NCBI GenBank assembly: GCA_029547265.1
Contig: JAKPPP010000426.1
Span: 9,206-73,205, forward strand
Direction of reading: 5' to 3'
Length of the DNA stretch: 64,000 bases
From: Bacteroidota bacterium
GTDB taxonomy: Bacteria; Bacteroidota; Bacteroidia; AKYH767-A; OLB10
The notes beneath the pieces are model-generated. The model had not been told where the DNA came from. It did not search any database and was given only the letters and a program-made list of their open reading frames with translations. Position 1 is the stretch's first letter. Every line of letters starts with the position of its first letter. This document shows, piece by piece, positions 50,378 through 58,315 of this stretch. Position numbers and translations under genes: made by a program.

Positions 50378-52402
50378 TCATTTCATTTTACTCAGTTGAA
50401 TCATTGCTGCTTTTGCTTGAGCATTATCGGGGTTTTTCTTCAAAACTCTTTTCAAATATTTTGTAGCCTCATCAAAGTTTTTTTGAACGGCTAACACTCC
50501 TGCCATATTTAATAATCCTTGTTCATAATCAGGATCTAGCGCCAATGCTTTGGTATACAACTCAAGAGCTTTAGGAATGTTGCCTTCCGACGACAAAATT
50601 AAATAGCCCAAATTTGAATAAGCAGGTGCGTATTCAGGATGTTCATTTACTGAAGCAAGAAAAATTCTTTTTGCCTCTTTAATATTTCCGGAGGATGCTA
50701 AAACATTTCCATATTTATTTGCAAATTCAGCAGACAATGGAGCTAACTGATTGGCTTGAGCATACCACTTCATAGCAGCACTAGGATTACCTAATTGCGA
50801 ATACGACTCACCGATACGATAGCATGTCCATGCATAATAATTATCGTACTGTTTTTTATTTAACAATGCTTGTGCATTGGGCACCGATTCAACATATCGT
50901 ATTACTGAAGGATAATCCTTTTTCAAGAAAAATACTTGAACTACTTTAGGTAAACTCTTGGTTTTATCATCGGCACTATTCACCGGAATATACTTTAGAG
51001 CAGAGTCGAGCATTTCTTTTCCCATTCCGAATTTCTCGAAATAGTTAATGTAGGCTTGTGCTATTGCTTCACGTGGAGGATTTGGATTATTGATCGCGTT
51101 GATACCAACAAATTTTTTAATTGCTTCTTTGTTTACTTCCTTAACCGGAATTGAAATTTTATGATCGTGAACTCCAACATGAGGAATATCAATTGCACCA
51201 CTTAGCTGCATATGACAACTCACGCAATTATTATCCTCTTTAGCGAGCATATTTTTATCAGCACTGCAAACTTTTTGCTCATTTGACTTATGGCAATTCT
51301 CACATGCGGCATTGAAAATATTGCTATTCGTATTTCTAACACTTACGTGAGGATTATGGCAAGTGATACATGTAAGTGCATTCTTATAAGGCTTCAAAGG
51401 ACGATTCTTATCAGTCATAGAAGCGTCCACCTTTTTCATAGTTTCAATATAGCATTTACTAAGCTTTAATCGCTCAGCATGGCTAGCCATAATATGCTCT
51501 TGAGAACGTCCTTCATACACAGGCATAAAAACATTCATCACATCAGATAAATGCATGCCCGGTTTAAAATCGAAGAATGATTTTCCTTCATTTAAAATTG
51601 CATTCCCTTGAATATGGCAACGCTGACAAACATCGAACTGTAAATCGATAGGGAGCTTAGCCGGGTTAACAATAGAGTAATCGATAAATTTTGAAGTATC
51701 GATAAGCATTCCCATTGATTTTTCTTTCACGTGAATACTTCCCGGCCCGTGACAACGTTCACAATCAATTCCGTTTTTCACAAGACTGAATTTATTCTCG
51801 GACCCTTCAACAAAAGTAGGATAACCGTTATGGCAGGACATACATTCTAGTCCGATGATTCGGTTAAAACGCGAATTATTCCCATTCTCAAATCCCGGAG
51901 GCAAATCCCATTTCCCTTTCTGCGTATAGAAAGTCATTGGAGCTTGAAAGAGATAACCATTCGACTCCCACATATGAGAATTAGTATGTTGTCCGGAGCC
52001 AACAATATATTTTACTGTTTGCACACGTTGGTAAACAGTATCGCGACCATCGAGACGAAATTCTTTAAACTTTAAGCTATCATGATCCCAATAAGGAGTA
52101 TAATAAAAATCTTTGTACTTATCATACACTAAAGGATGATTAGAAAAATTCGCAGATGACTTTGTTTTAGAAGCATGATCAAAAGAAAGTCCCATGCCTG
52201 TATGTATAAAAGTCGAATGCACATTCGCATGGCAACCCGAACAAGTTTGCATCCCCACATACTCAGCCGAATCACTCAATCCGGCATAAGTTGTTCGCTC
52301 GGTATTAACGGGAGCAGACGATGGTTTACAATACCAATTCAAGCAGGCAATTAAAACAATAGCCGGCAAAAGGAGCAATCGTATTAAATTGCTATGCTTC
52401 AT
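50378..52402 (-). CDS. Heptaheme c-type cytochrome lipoprotein with C-terminal TPR repeats
   Basis: Lipobox VLIAC. Seven CXXCH motifs (CSGCH, CMSCH, CERCH, CQRCH, CITCH, CENCH, CVSCH) lie in the first ~400 aa, followed by about 200 aa of TPR-like repeats. Confidence 0.8.
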   Translation of the reverse strand: MKHSNLIRLLLLPAIVLIACLNWYCKPSSAPVNTERTTYAGLSDSAEYVGMQTCSGCHANVHSTFIHTGMGLSFDHASKTKSSANFSNHPLVYDKYKDFYYTPYWDHDSLKFKEFRLDGRDTVYQRVQTVKYIVGSGQHTNSHMWESNGYLFQAPMTFYTQKGKWDLPPGFENGNNSRFNRIIGLECMSCHNGYPTFVEGSENKFSLVKNGIDCERCHGPGSIHVKEKSMGMLIDTSKFIDYSIVNPAKLPIDLQFDVCQRCHIQGNAILNEGKSFFDFKPGMHLSDVMNVFMPVYEGRSQEHIMASHAERLKLSKCYIETMKKVDASMTDKNRPLKPYKNALTCITCHNPHVSVRNTNSNIFNAACENCHKSNEQKVCSADKNMLAKEDNNCVSCHMQLSGAIDIPHVGVHDHKISIPVKEVNKEAIKKFVGINAINNPNPPREAIAQAYINYFEKFGMGKEMLDSALKYIPVNSADDKTKSLPKVVQVFFLKKDYPSVIRYVESVPNAQALLNKKQYDNYYAWTCYRIGESYSQLGNPSAAMKWYAQANQLAPLSAEFANKYGNVLASSGNIKEAKRIFLASVNEHPEYAPAYSNLGYLILSSEGNIPKALELYTKALALDPDYEQGLLNMAGVLAVQKNFDEATKYLKRVLKKNPDNAQAKAAMIQLSKMK

Positions 52403-52944
52403 ATTAATTTTGAAGGCCTGAGTAGCTGCATCATAGTAACATCATGCCAAGTTTCATTATAAATTATCCAATCGCGGATTACGCCGCAAGTTCGGAATCC
52501 CGCTTTAGAAAATAAGCGAAGACTTGCCTGATTAGAATTTTCGATATGACAAAATAGTTGGTGCATATTTAGAATATCGAAACTATAACGAGCCAATAAC
52601 AATAGCGCCTCATAAGCATACCCCTTCATGCGTTCATCTTTATCGCCAATTAAAATTCCCACGCCTGCTTTACGATGCAATGGATCAAACTCAAACAAAT
52701 CGATAAACCCGATTGTTTTCCCCGACTGTGGCAACTCAGTAATCAACTCAATAGCGAGTCTCAGCTGACGCGTAACAAAAATATCCTGTGTAGCACTTTG
52801 ATAATACTGTTCGAGTGTATAACGAGAATACGGACTAAGCGTACCGCTAACCGGCCATACTTCGGTATCATTTTCATAGATCATCATCAAATCCACATCA
52901 CGTGGTTCGAGAGCTCTTAATATCACTGAAGTTCCTCTAATCAT
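52399..52944 (-). CDS. GNAT-family N-acetyltransferase (RimJ/RimL-like)
   Basis: 181 aa with a GNAT core (R/Q-x-x-G-x-G/A-like KGYAYEALLLLARY). ATGA overlaps at both ends. Confidence 0.75.
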   Translation of the reverse strand: MIRGTSVILRALEPRDVDLMMIYENDTEVWPVSGTLSPYSRYTLEQYYQSATQDIFVTRQLRLAIELITELPQSGKTIGFIDLFEFDPLHRKAGVGILIGDKDERMKGYAYEALLLLARYSFDILNMHQLFCHIENSNQASLRLFSKAGFRTCGVIRDWIIYNETWHDVTMMQLLRPSKLI

Positions 52945-53726
52945 AAATCTATGTAACCTTCAAATACTTTAACGGCAGGACCTTCGAGTCGGACGTCAAC
53001 ATATTTATCTGAATTCTTTTTAAAACTAACTTTCAATTCGCCACCCATTGCAATCACATCTACACTCTGCAAATCACTATTCACTTTATTTGAAAAATGA
53101 GCAGCAATAACGGAAGCAGTAATCCCTGTTCCGCAACTTAACGTCTCCTCCTCTACTCCACGCTCATACGTACGAATATGGAGTGTATTATTTTCGACAC
53201 TAACAAAATTCACATTAATACCTTTCTCTTTAAAAGGTTGGCTATTACGAATTGCGCGACCTTCATTAAAAACATCTAACGACTTCACATCACTACGAAA
53301 AGAAACATAATGAGGAGAGCCGGTATCGAGAATAAAATCACCCGACTCATTTTGAGAAGGGAACAAGACATCATTCATTTTGAGCGACACCCAACCGTTC
53401 GGTAAGAAGTAAGCCTCATGCAAACCATCGGGAGCGAGGAAATCGGCTTTACTTGAAATCAAATTCAAATCAGAAGCAAACCTCATCATACATCTTCCTC
53501 CATTTCCACACATAGAACCGGGACGTCCATCAGAATTAAAATACAACATCTCGAAATCGGCATTAGCAGTTGGTTTAAGAATCATTAATCCATCGCCCCC
53601 AATTCCGAATCTGCGGTCGCATAAAAATCGAACCTGCTCCACAGAAAGAGAGGGCAAATCAACACGACCATCAAGGATAACGAAATCGTTACCGGCGCCA
53701 TGATATTTAAAGAATTTCAATTGCAT
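52941..53726 (-). CDS. dapF: Diaminopimelate epimerase
   Basis: MQLKFFKYHGAGNDFVILD N-terminus, plus the two catalytic Cys motifs SMCGNGGRC and SCGTG. I prefer the ATG at 53726 over 53822. Confidence 0.9.
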   Translation of the reverse strand: MQLKFFKYHGAGNDFVILDGRVDLPSLSVEQVRFLCDRRFGIGGDGLMILKPTANADFEMLYFNSDGRPGSMCGNGGRCMMRFASDLNLISSKADFLAPDGLHEAYFLPNGWVSLKMNDVLFPSQNESGDFILDTGSPHYVSFRSDVKSLDVFNEGRAIRNSQPFKEKGINVNFVSVENNTLHIRTYERGVEEETLSCGTGITASVIAAHFSNKVNSDLQSVDVIAMGGELKVSFKKNSDKYVDVRLEGPAVKVFEGYIDL

Positions 53727-53840
53727 CGCTGTAAAGGTAAATAAAACATAAAAACGAGAGATGTGATAAGGAAACAACCTAAAAAAAAGTAAAAATGTTA
53801 AACCATTGTTAAATTCATACATGATTCACCAAACAGCGAA

Positions 53841-53848
53841 TATTTTTG
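53841..53848 (+). promoter_or_regulatory. -7 box TAttTTTG upstream of htrA
   Basis: Exact TAnnTTTG, 82 nt before the ATG at 53923. No -33 match at proper spacing. Confidence 0.3.
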
Positions 53849-53922
53849 CCCCTGTTAAACGTTATAACAATAAAAAAATCTGAATAAACACATACGCATC
53901 ATTTAAAACTAAAAATTGCATT

Positions 53923-55371
53923 ATGAAACCAATGATTAAGTATGCAGGAGTGTTCCTGATAGCAGCAGCCGGAAGTTTAGCCGGTTCAAGTATTTACAAT
54001 CATTATTTAAGCGACAGTCATTTTTTCAGCAACCGAAAGGAAGTACAGATTCCTATTGCTCGAGTAAATTTTGGGAATCCGGCAGCAGGATCGACCGACT
54101 TCACGGTAGCAGCAGAGAACACGATACCTACGGTAGTGCACGTAAAAACCAGCTATGCCAAAAAGACGGTATCGAATCCGTTTATGGATCCATTTCAATT
54201 CTTTTGGGGACAACCGGCACCGCAAATTCAGCAACAGCAACCACAATCAACCGGATCGGGCGTTATTATTAGCGACGACGGGTATATTGTCACCAATAAC
54301 CATGTTGTAGACGATGCTGAATCGGTAGAAGTGACGCTCGACGACAAACGCACCTACAACGCAAAAATAATCGGAACCGATCCTTCAACCGACTTAGCAC
54401 TATTAAAGATTGAGGAGAAAGGATTACCGTTTGCGGCTTATGGAAATTCAGATGCGGTGAAAGTCGGAGAATGGGTATTAGCAGTAGGAAATCCGTTTAA
54501 TCTAACAAGCACGGTAACTGCGGGTATAGTAAGTGCAAAAGCTAGAAATATCCACATCCTACCCGACCAAAAATTCCCGATAGAATCATTCATACAAACA
54601 GACGCTGCCGTAAATCCAGGAAATAGCGGAGGAGCATTAGTGAATACCAACGGAGAATTGGTAGGAATTAATGCAGCGATTGCGTCGAATACGGGAAGTT
54701 ATTCGGGATATTCATTTGCAATACCGGTTAACATGGTAAAAAAAGTTGTGAATGATTTAATGGAATTCGGAAATGTACAACGAGGATTTATTGGAGTAAG
54801 TATTCGCGATATTGATGCAGAATTTGCGAAAGAGAAAAAGATCACGAAGCTTGACGGAGTTTATGTAAGCGGATTAACCGATGGAGGATCTGCAGAAGAG
54901 GCTGGAATAAAAGAAGGAGATGTAATTACAAAAATCAACGACATCAACATAAAGAGTTCACCTGAACTTCAAGAACAAGTAGGAAGATATCGTCCTGGAG
55001 ATAAAATTAACGTAACTGTTTTAAGAAACGCTTCTGAGAAAATGTTGGCGGTAACACTTAAAAACAAAGAAGGAAATACCAAGATCGGTAAAACGGAAAT
55101 AGTAAACGTACTGGGTGCGCGACTTGAAGCAGTGCAAGACGGTGAGTTAGGTAAACTAGGAATTGAAGGCGGTGTAAAAGTAAAAGATCTTCAAAACGGA
55201 AAACTTAAAAATGCCGGAATCAGAGAAGGATTTATCATTACCTCAATTGACAACAAGCCTGTAAATGATGCGGAAGACGTATCCAATTACCTCGACAAAA
55301 AGCAAGGCGGAGTACTCATTGAAGGAGTATATGCCAATGGAATGAGAGCGTATTACGGATTTGGAATGTAA
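53923..55371 (+). CDS. Do/HtrA-family periplasmic serine endopeptidase with two PDZ domains
   Basis: TNNHVV (His), DLALLK (Asp), GNSGGAL (Ser), and two PDZ-like regions. Confidence 0.9.
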   Translation: MKPMIKYAGVFLIAAAGSLAGSSIYNHYLSDSHFFSNRKEVQIPIARVNFGNPAAGSTDFTVAAENTIPTVVHVKTSYAKKTVSNPFMDPFQFFWGQPAPQIQQQQPQSTGSGVIISDDGYIVTNNHVVDDAESVEVTLDDKRTYNAKIIGTDPSTDLALLKIEEKGLPFAAYGNSDAVKVGEWVLAVGNPFNLTSTVTAGIVSAKARNIHILPDQKFPIESFIQTDAAVNPGNSGGALVNTNGELVGINAAIASNTGSYSGYSFAIPVNMVKKVVNDLMEFGNVQRGFIGVSIRDIDAEFAKEKKITKLDGVYVSGLTDGGSAEEAGIKEGDVITKINDINIKSSPELQEQVGRYRPGDKINVTVLRNASEKMLAVTLKNKEGNTKIGKTEIVNVLGARLEAVQDGELGKLGIEGGVKVKDLQNGKLKNAGIREGFIITSIDNKPVNDAEDVSNYLDKKQGGVLIEGVYANGMRAYYGFGM

Positions 55372-55394
55372 AAGGTAATACATAAAAAATTCAA

Positions 55395-55429
55395 GGCGGA
55401 GATGAAGAAATTCAACTCCGCCTTTTTTT
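55395..55429 (+). terminator. Rho-independent terminator after htrA
   Basis: GGCGGAG / CTCCGCC stem with a 14-nt loop, then TTTTTTTATTTTT. Confidence 0.65.
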
Positions 55430-55454
55430 ATTTTTCAAAATACTTTGTCAAACA

Positions 55455-55485
55455 TTTGGTCAGTTCGTTGAATCTTTTAAATTTG
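55455..55485 (+). promoter_or_regulatory. Promoter: -33 TTTG (55455-55458) and -7 TAaaTTTG (55478-55485) for the second sigma gene
   Basis: Both elements are exact with a 19-nt spacer. The ATG is at 55570, so the leader is about 80 nt. Confidence 0.55.
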
Positions 55486-55512
55486 TGACAGTGCTGGCCC
55501 TTTACACTGTCA
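55486..55512 (+). promoter_or_regulatory. 8-bp inverted repeat TGACAGTG-N11-CACTGTCA at the predicted transcription start
   Basis: The perfect 8-bp arms, counted by hand, lie immediately downstream of the -7 box. It could be an operator or a 5' UTR hairpin. Confidence 0.35.
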
Positions 55513-55569
55513 ACACACAGAATAAAATACCAAATCAGTTTTCAGCAATGACCAATAAACTATCATCCG

Positions 55570-56439
55570 ATGCGTCAACTGAAAATTACGAAGTCGATTA
55601 CCAATCGTGAAAGTGCTTCCTTAGAGAAGTACCTATCAGAGATTGGGAAAGAAGGAATGATTAACTCCGAAGAAGAAGTGCGACTGGCACAACTCATCAG
55701 AGAAGGAGATCAAATTGCCCTTGACAAATTGACGAGGGCCAACTTGAGGTTTGTAGTTTCTGTTGCAAAGCAATATCAAAACCAAGGATTAAGTTTGCCT
55801 GATTTAATTAACGAAGGGAACCTTGGATTGATAAAAGCGGCGAAACGTTTTGACGAAACCAGAGGGTTTAAATTTATTTCTTATGCTGTTTGGTGGATAC
55901 GTCAGAGTATCCTTCAAGCGATAGCTGAGCAATCGAGAATTGTGCGACTTCCATTAAACCAAGTTGGATCATTAACTCGCATCAGCAAAGCATTTAGTAA
56001 GCTGGAGCAAGAATTTGAACGCGAACCATCTTACGAAGAAATTGCAAAGCTTACCGATCTTCCCATCGATAAAATCACAGATGCTTTAAGAATTTCGGGC
56101 AAGCATGTAAGTATGGATGCACCATTTGCTAACGGAGAAGAAAGTACTTTATTAGATGTAATGGAAAACAATGAATCACCACGAGCGGATACGCATTTAA
56201 TGTCGGATTCATTAAAGAAAGAAATTGAGCGATCATTGAGTACATTAAACGAAAGAGAACGTGAAGTAATAATTTTATTTTTCGGAATCGGTACTACCCA
56301 CGGACATACACTTGAAGAGATAGGAGCCAAATTCGATTTAACACGAGAAAGAGTACGTCAGATAAAAGAAAAAGCGATAAGAAGGTTAAGACATAAAAAC
56401 AGATCAAAACTTCTTAAATCGTATTTAGGAGAGGAATAA
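55570..56439 (+). CDS. Second primary-like sigma-70 factor (rpoD paralogue)
   Basis: 289 aa and roughly two-thirds identical by eye to the 46354-47217 product. Region 2.3-2.4 ([25 protein letters not shown]) and region 4.2 ([17 protein letters not shown]) are identical. Confidence 0.85.
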   Translation: MRQLKITKSITNRESASLEKYLSEIGKEGMINSEEEVRLAQLIREGDQIALDKLTRANLRFVVSVAKQYQNQGLSLPDLINEGNLGLIKAAKRFDETRGFKFISYAVWWIRQSILQAIAEQSRIVRLPLNQVGSLTRISKAFSKLEQEFEREPSYEEIAKLTDLPIDKITDALRISGKHVSMDAPFANGEESTLLDVMENNESPRADTHLMSDSLKKEIERSLSTLNEREREVIILFFGIGTTHGHTLEEIGAKFDLTRERVRQIKEKAIRRLRHKNRSKLLKSYLGEE

Positions 56440-56444
56440 AAAAA

Positions 56445-56477
56445 AAGAGCCGGTCATTTATAGAATAGCCGGCTCTT
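56445..56477. terminator. Bidirectional terminator between the convergent sigma and gap genes
   Basis: AAGAGCCGG / CCGGCTCTT 9-bp stem with a 15-nt loop, an A run on the left and T-rich sequence on the right. Confidence 0.6.
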
Positions 56478-56497
56478 TCATTTACATTCTTAATATT

Positions 56498-57973
56498 TTA
56501 ATAGTAAGTAAGGCGAATTACGTCTGATAAATATTTCGCGAAGCGGATTACCTGACGGCTATATCCGTATTCGTTATCATACCAGATATAAAGAACCATT
56601 CCTCGTTTATCTTTCGAAACGATGGTTGCTGGGCTATCAACTATAGAAGCGCAAGGATTTCCGATAAGATCGCTTGATACTAACTCATTACTTTGACTGT
56701 ATTGGATTTGCTCAACCAAAGAACCTCTTAAAGCAGCATCTTTCAAGATTTCATTTACTTCATCCTTAGAAACTTGCTTATTTACCGTTAAGTTTAAGAT
56801 AGCTAATGAAACATCAGGGGTTGGTACACGCACAGAGTTACCTGTTAATTTACCTTCTAACTGAGGGATTACTTTCGTCACCGCTTTATCTGCACCGGTT
56901 TCGGTAATTACCATGTTCATGGCAGCAGAGCGACCTCTTCTATATTTACTGTGATAGTTATCAAGTAAGTTTTGGTCGTTTGTGTAAGAGTGAATAGTTT
57001 CAATATGTCCTCTTTCGATTCCTAAAGTTTTTTCGATTACCTCTAAAACAGGAACGATAGCGTTTGTTGTACACGATGCAGCAGAGAAGATTTTCTCATC
57101 AGCAGCATGATTCTTTTCATTAACACCATAAACTACGTTTGGAATATCACCTTTACCCGGAGCAGTTAATAAAACTTTATCAACTCCTTTAGCAGTTAAG
57201 TGACGAGAAAGTCCTGCGCGATCGCGAGAAACACCAGTATTATCAATCAATAAAGCATTGCTGATACCGTAAGCAGAATAATCGATATCCTCAGGGTTTT
57301 TAGCATCGATAACATAAATCGTATGACCATTAACCACTAAGGCATTCTTTTCTTTATCTTCAATTACTGTACCCGGGAAAGGACCATGAACTGAGTCATT
57401 TCTCAATAATTCGGCACGTTTCGACAAATCGTCTTCTGAGCGACCACGAACCACTATAGCACGAAGGCGTAATTGTTCACCTTTACCTGCTTGTCCAACT
57501 AACTCACGAGCAAGGATACGACCTATACGACCAAATCCGTATAAAATCACATCGCGAGGGATTAATCCGCGTTTTTCTTTACCGATTAGTCCCGTTAATT
57601 TACCTGTTACAAACTTCTTAATATCGTTACCATACTCAGCGCTTTCGCTAATCCATTCTGCGCCCAATTTTCCGATATCGATACGAGAAGGAGCTAAATC
57701 GAGATCACGGATAGCGGCTGCAATAGCTACAGTATCCATAATAGAAATAGGTTTTTTAACGAAATCCTTAGCATATTGGTGCAGATTTAAAATCTGGCTC
57801 GCGCTGCGATCAACCAATTGATTTCTAAAGATGATAAGTTCAACGGAACGGTTAAACCATAAGTCGCCGATGATGTGGATTAATTCAATCGCAGCCTTTT
57901 CAAGCTCGATCCAATCGCCTAATTGACGATCGTAAGAATTTAACACATCAGCATTTTTTGAAGAAGTTGACAT
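56498..57973 (-). CDS. gap: Glyceraldehyde-3-phosphate dehydrogenase, long form with ~130-aa N-terminal extension
   Basis: LYGFGRIGRILAREL Rossmann motif begins near residue 145. Catalytic ASCTTNAIVP and C-terminal WYDNEYGYS are present. Confidence 0.9.
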   Translation of the reverse strand: MSTSSKNADVLNSYDRQLGDWIELEKAAIELIHIIGDLWFNRSVELIIFRNQLVDRSASQILNLHQYAKDFVKKPISIMDTVAIAAAIRDLDLAPSRIDIGKLGAEWISESAEYGNDIKKFVTGKLTGLIGKEKRGLIPRDVILYGFGRIGRILARELVGQAGKGEQLRLRAIVVRGRSEDDLSKRAELLRNDSVHGPFPGTVIEDKEKNALVVNGHTIYVIDAKNPEDIDYSAYGISNALLIDNTGVSRDRAGLSRHLTAKGVDKVLLTAPGKGDIPNVVYGVNEKNHAADEKIFSAASCTTNAIVPVLEVIEKTLGIERGHIETIHSYTNDQNLLDNYHSKYRRGRSAAMNMVITETGADKAVTKVIPQLEGKLTGNSVRVPTPDVSLAILNLTVNKQVSKDEVNEILKDAALRGSLVEQIQYSQSNELVSSDLIGNPCASIVDSPATIVSKDKRGMVLYIWYDNEYGYSRQVIRFAKYLSDVIRLTYY

Positions 57974-57996
57974 ATACGTTTTAATTATAAGGTGCG

Positions 57997-58004
57997 CAAA
58001 GATA
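57997..58004 (-). promoter_or_regulatory. -7 box TAtcTTTG (minus strand) for gap
   Basis: The plus strand reads CAAAGATA, 31 nt upstream of the ATG at 57973. No clear -33 element. Confidence 0.4.
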
Positions 58005-58090
58005 CTACTTGAAAACCCCTTTGTAAAGGGAAACCCAATTAAAAAGCTAACAAACAGAGGGTTAAAAGTCCAAAATAGTTAATAAAAAGG

Positions 58091-58128
58091 TATAAAAAAC
58101 AAAAAGACCCCGATTAACGGGGTCTTTT
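58091..58128 (-). terminator. Rho-independent terminator downstream of tRNA-His
   Basis: GACCCCG / CGGGGTC stem (58106-58124) with a 5-nt loop. The minus-strand transcript continues UUUUUGUUUUUUAUA. Confidence 0.7.
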
Positions 58129-58130
58129 AG

Positions 58131-58205
58131 GGTGAATGAAGGGTCTCGAACCCTCGACCTCCTGAACCACAATCAGGCGCTCTAACCAACTGAGCTACAA
58201 TCACC
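58131..58205 (-). tRNA. tRNA-His (anticodon GTG) with genome-encoded G-1, no encoded CCA
   Basis: The reverse complement folds as a cloverleaf: G-1, acceptor GTGATTG/CATTCAC (one U.U at 5-68), D arm GCTC-AGTTGGTTA-GAGC, anticodon arm CCTGA-TTGTGGT-TCAGG, variable AGGTC, T arm GAGGG-TTCGAGA-CCCTT, discriminator C. Confidence 0.9.
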
Positions 58206-58217
58206 GTTTCAGGGCTG

Positions 58218-58248
58218 CAAAAATAGTGTTTCCAATCAACATAACAAA
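58218..58248 (-). promoter_or_regulatory. Promoter for tRNA-His: -7 TAttTTTG (58218-58225) and -33 TTTG (58245-58248), minus strand
   Basis: The plus strand reads CAAAAATA and CAAA with a 19-nt spacer. The 5' end of the tRNA is 13 nt downstream of the box. Confidence 0.55.
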
Positions 58249-58303
58249 TTTAGTGCAAATAATTTTAAACAATCGGATAACCATGTCGTTGGCAAAGGAT
58301 TAG

Positions 58304-58311
58304 TACTTTTG
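58304..58311 (+). promoter_or_regulatory. -7 box TActTTTG immediately upstream of the P-type ATPase gene
   Basis: Exact TAnnTTTG. The final G is 5 nt before the ATG at 58316, which implies a leaderless mRNA. Confidence 0.4.
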
Positions 58312-58315
58312 TGCT

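Noticed and set aside
58131-58205. tRNA-His as a possible genomic-island integration site (copA, flippase-like and T9SS cargo genes lie next to it)
   Set aside because: I noticed no integrase, recombinase or transposase, and no direct repeat of the tRNA 3' end in the window. The 3' end of the tRNA faces the gap gene, not the putative accessory genes.
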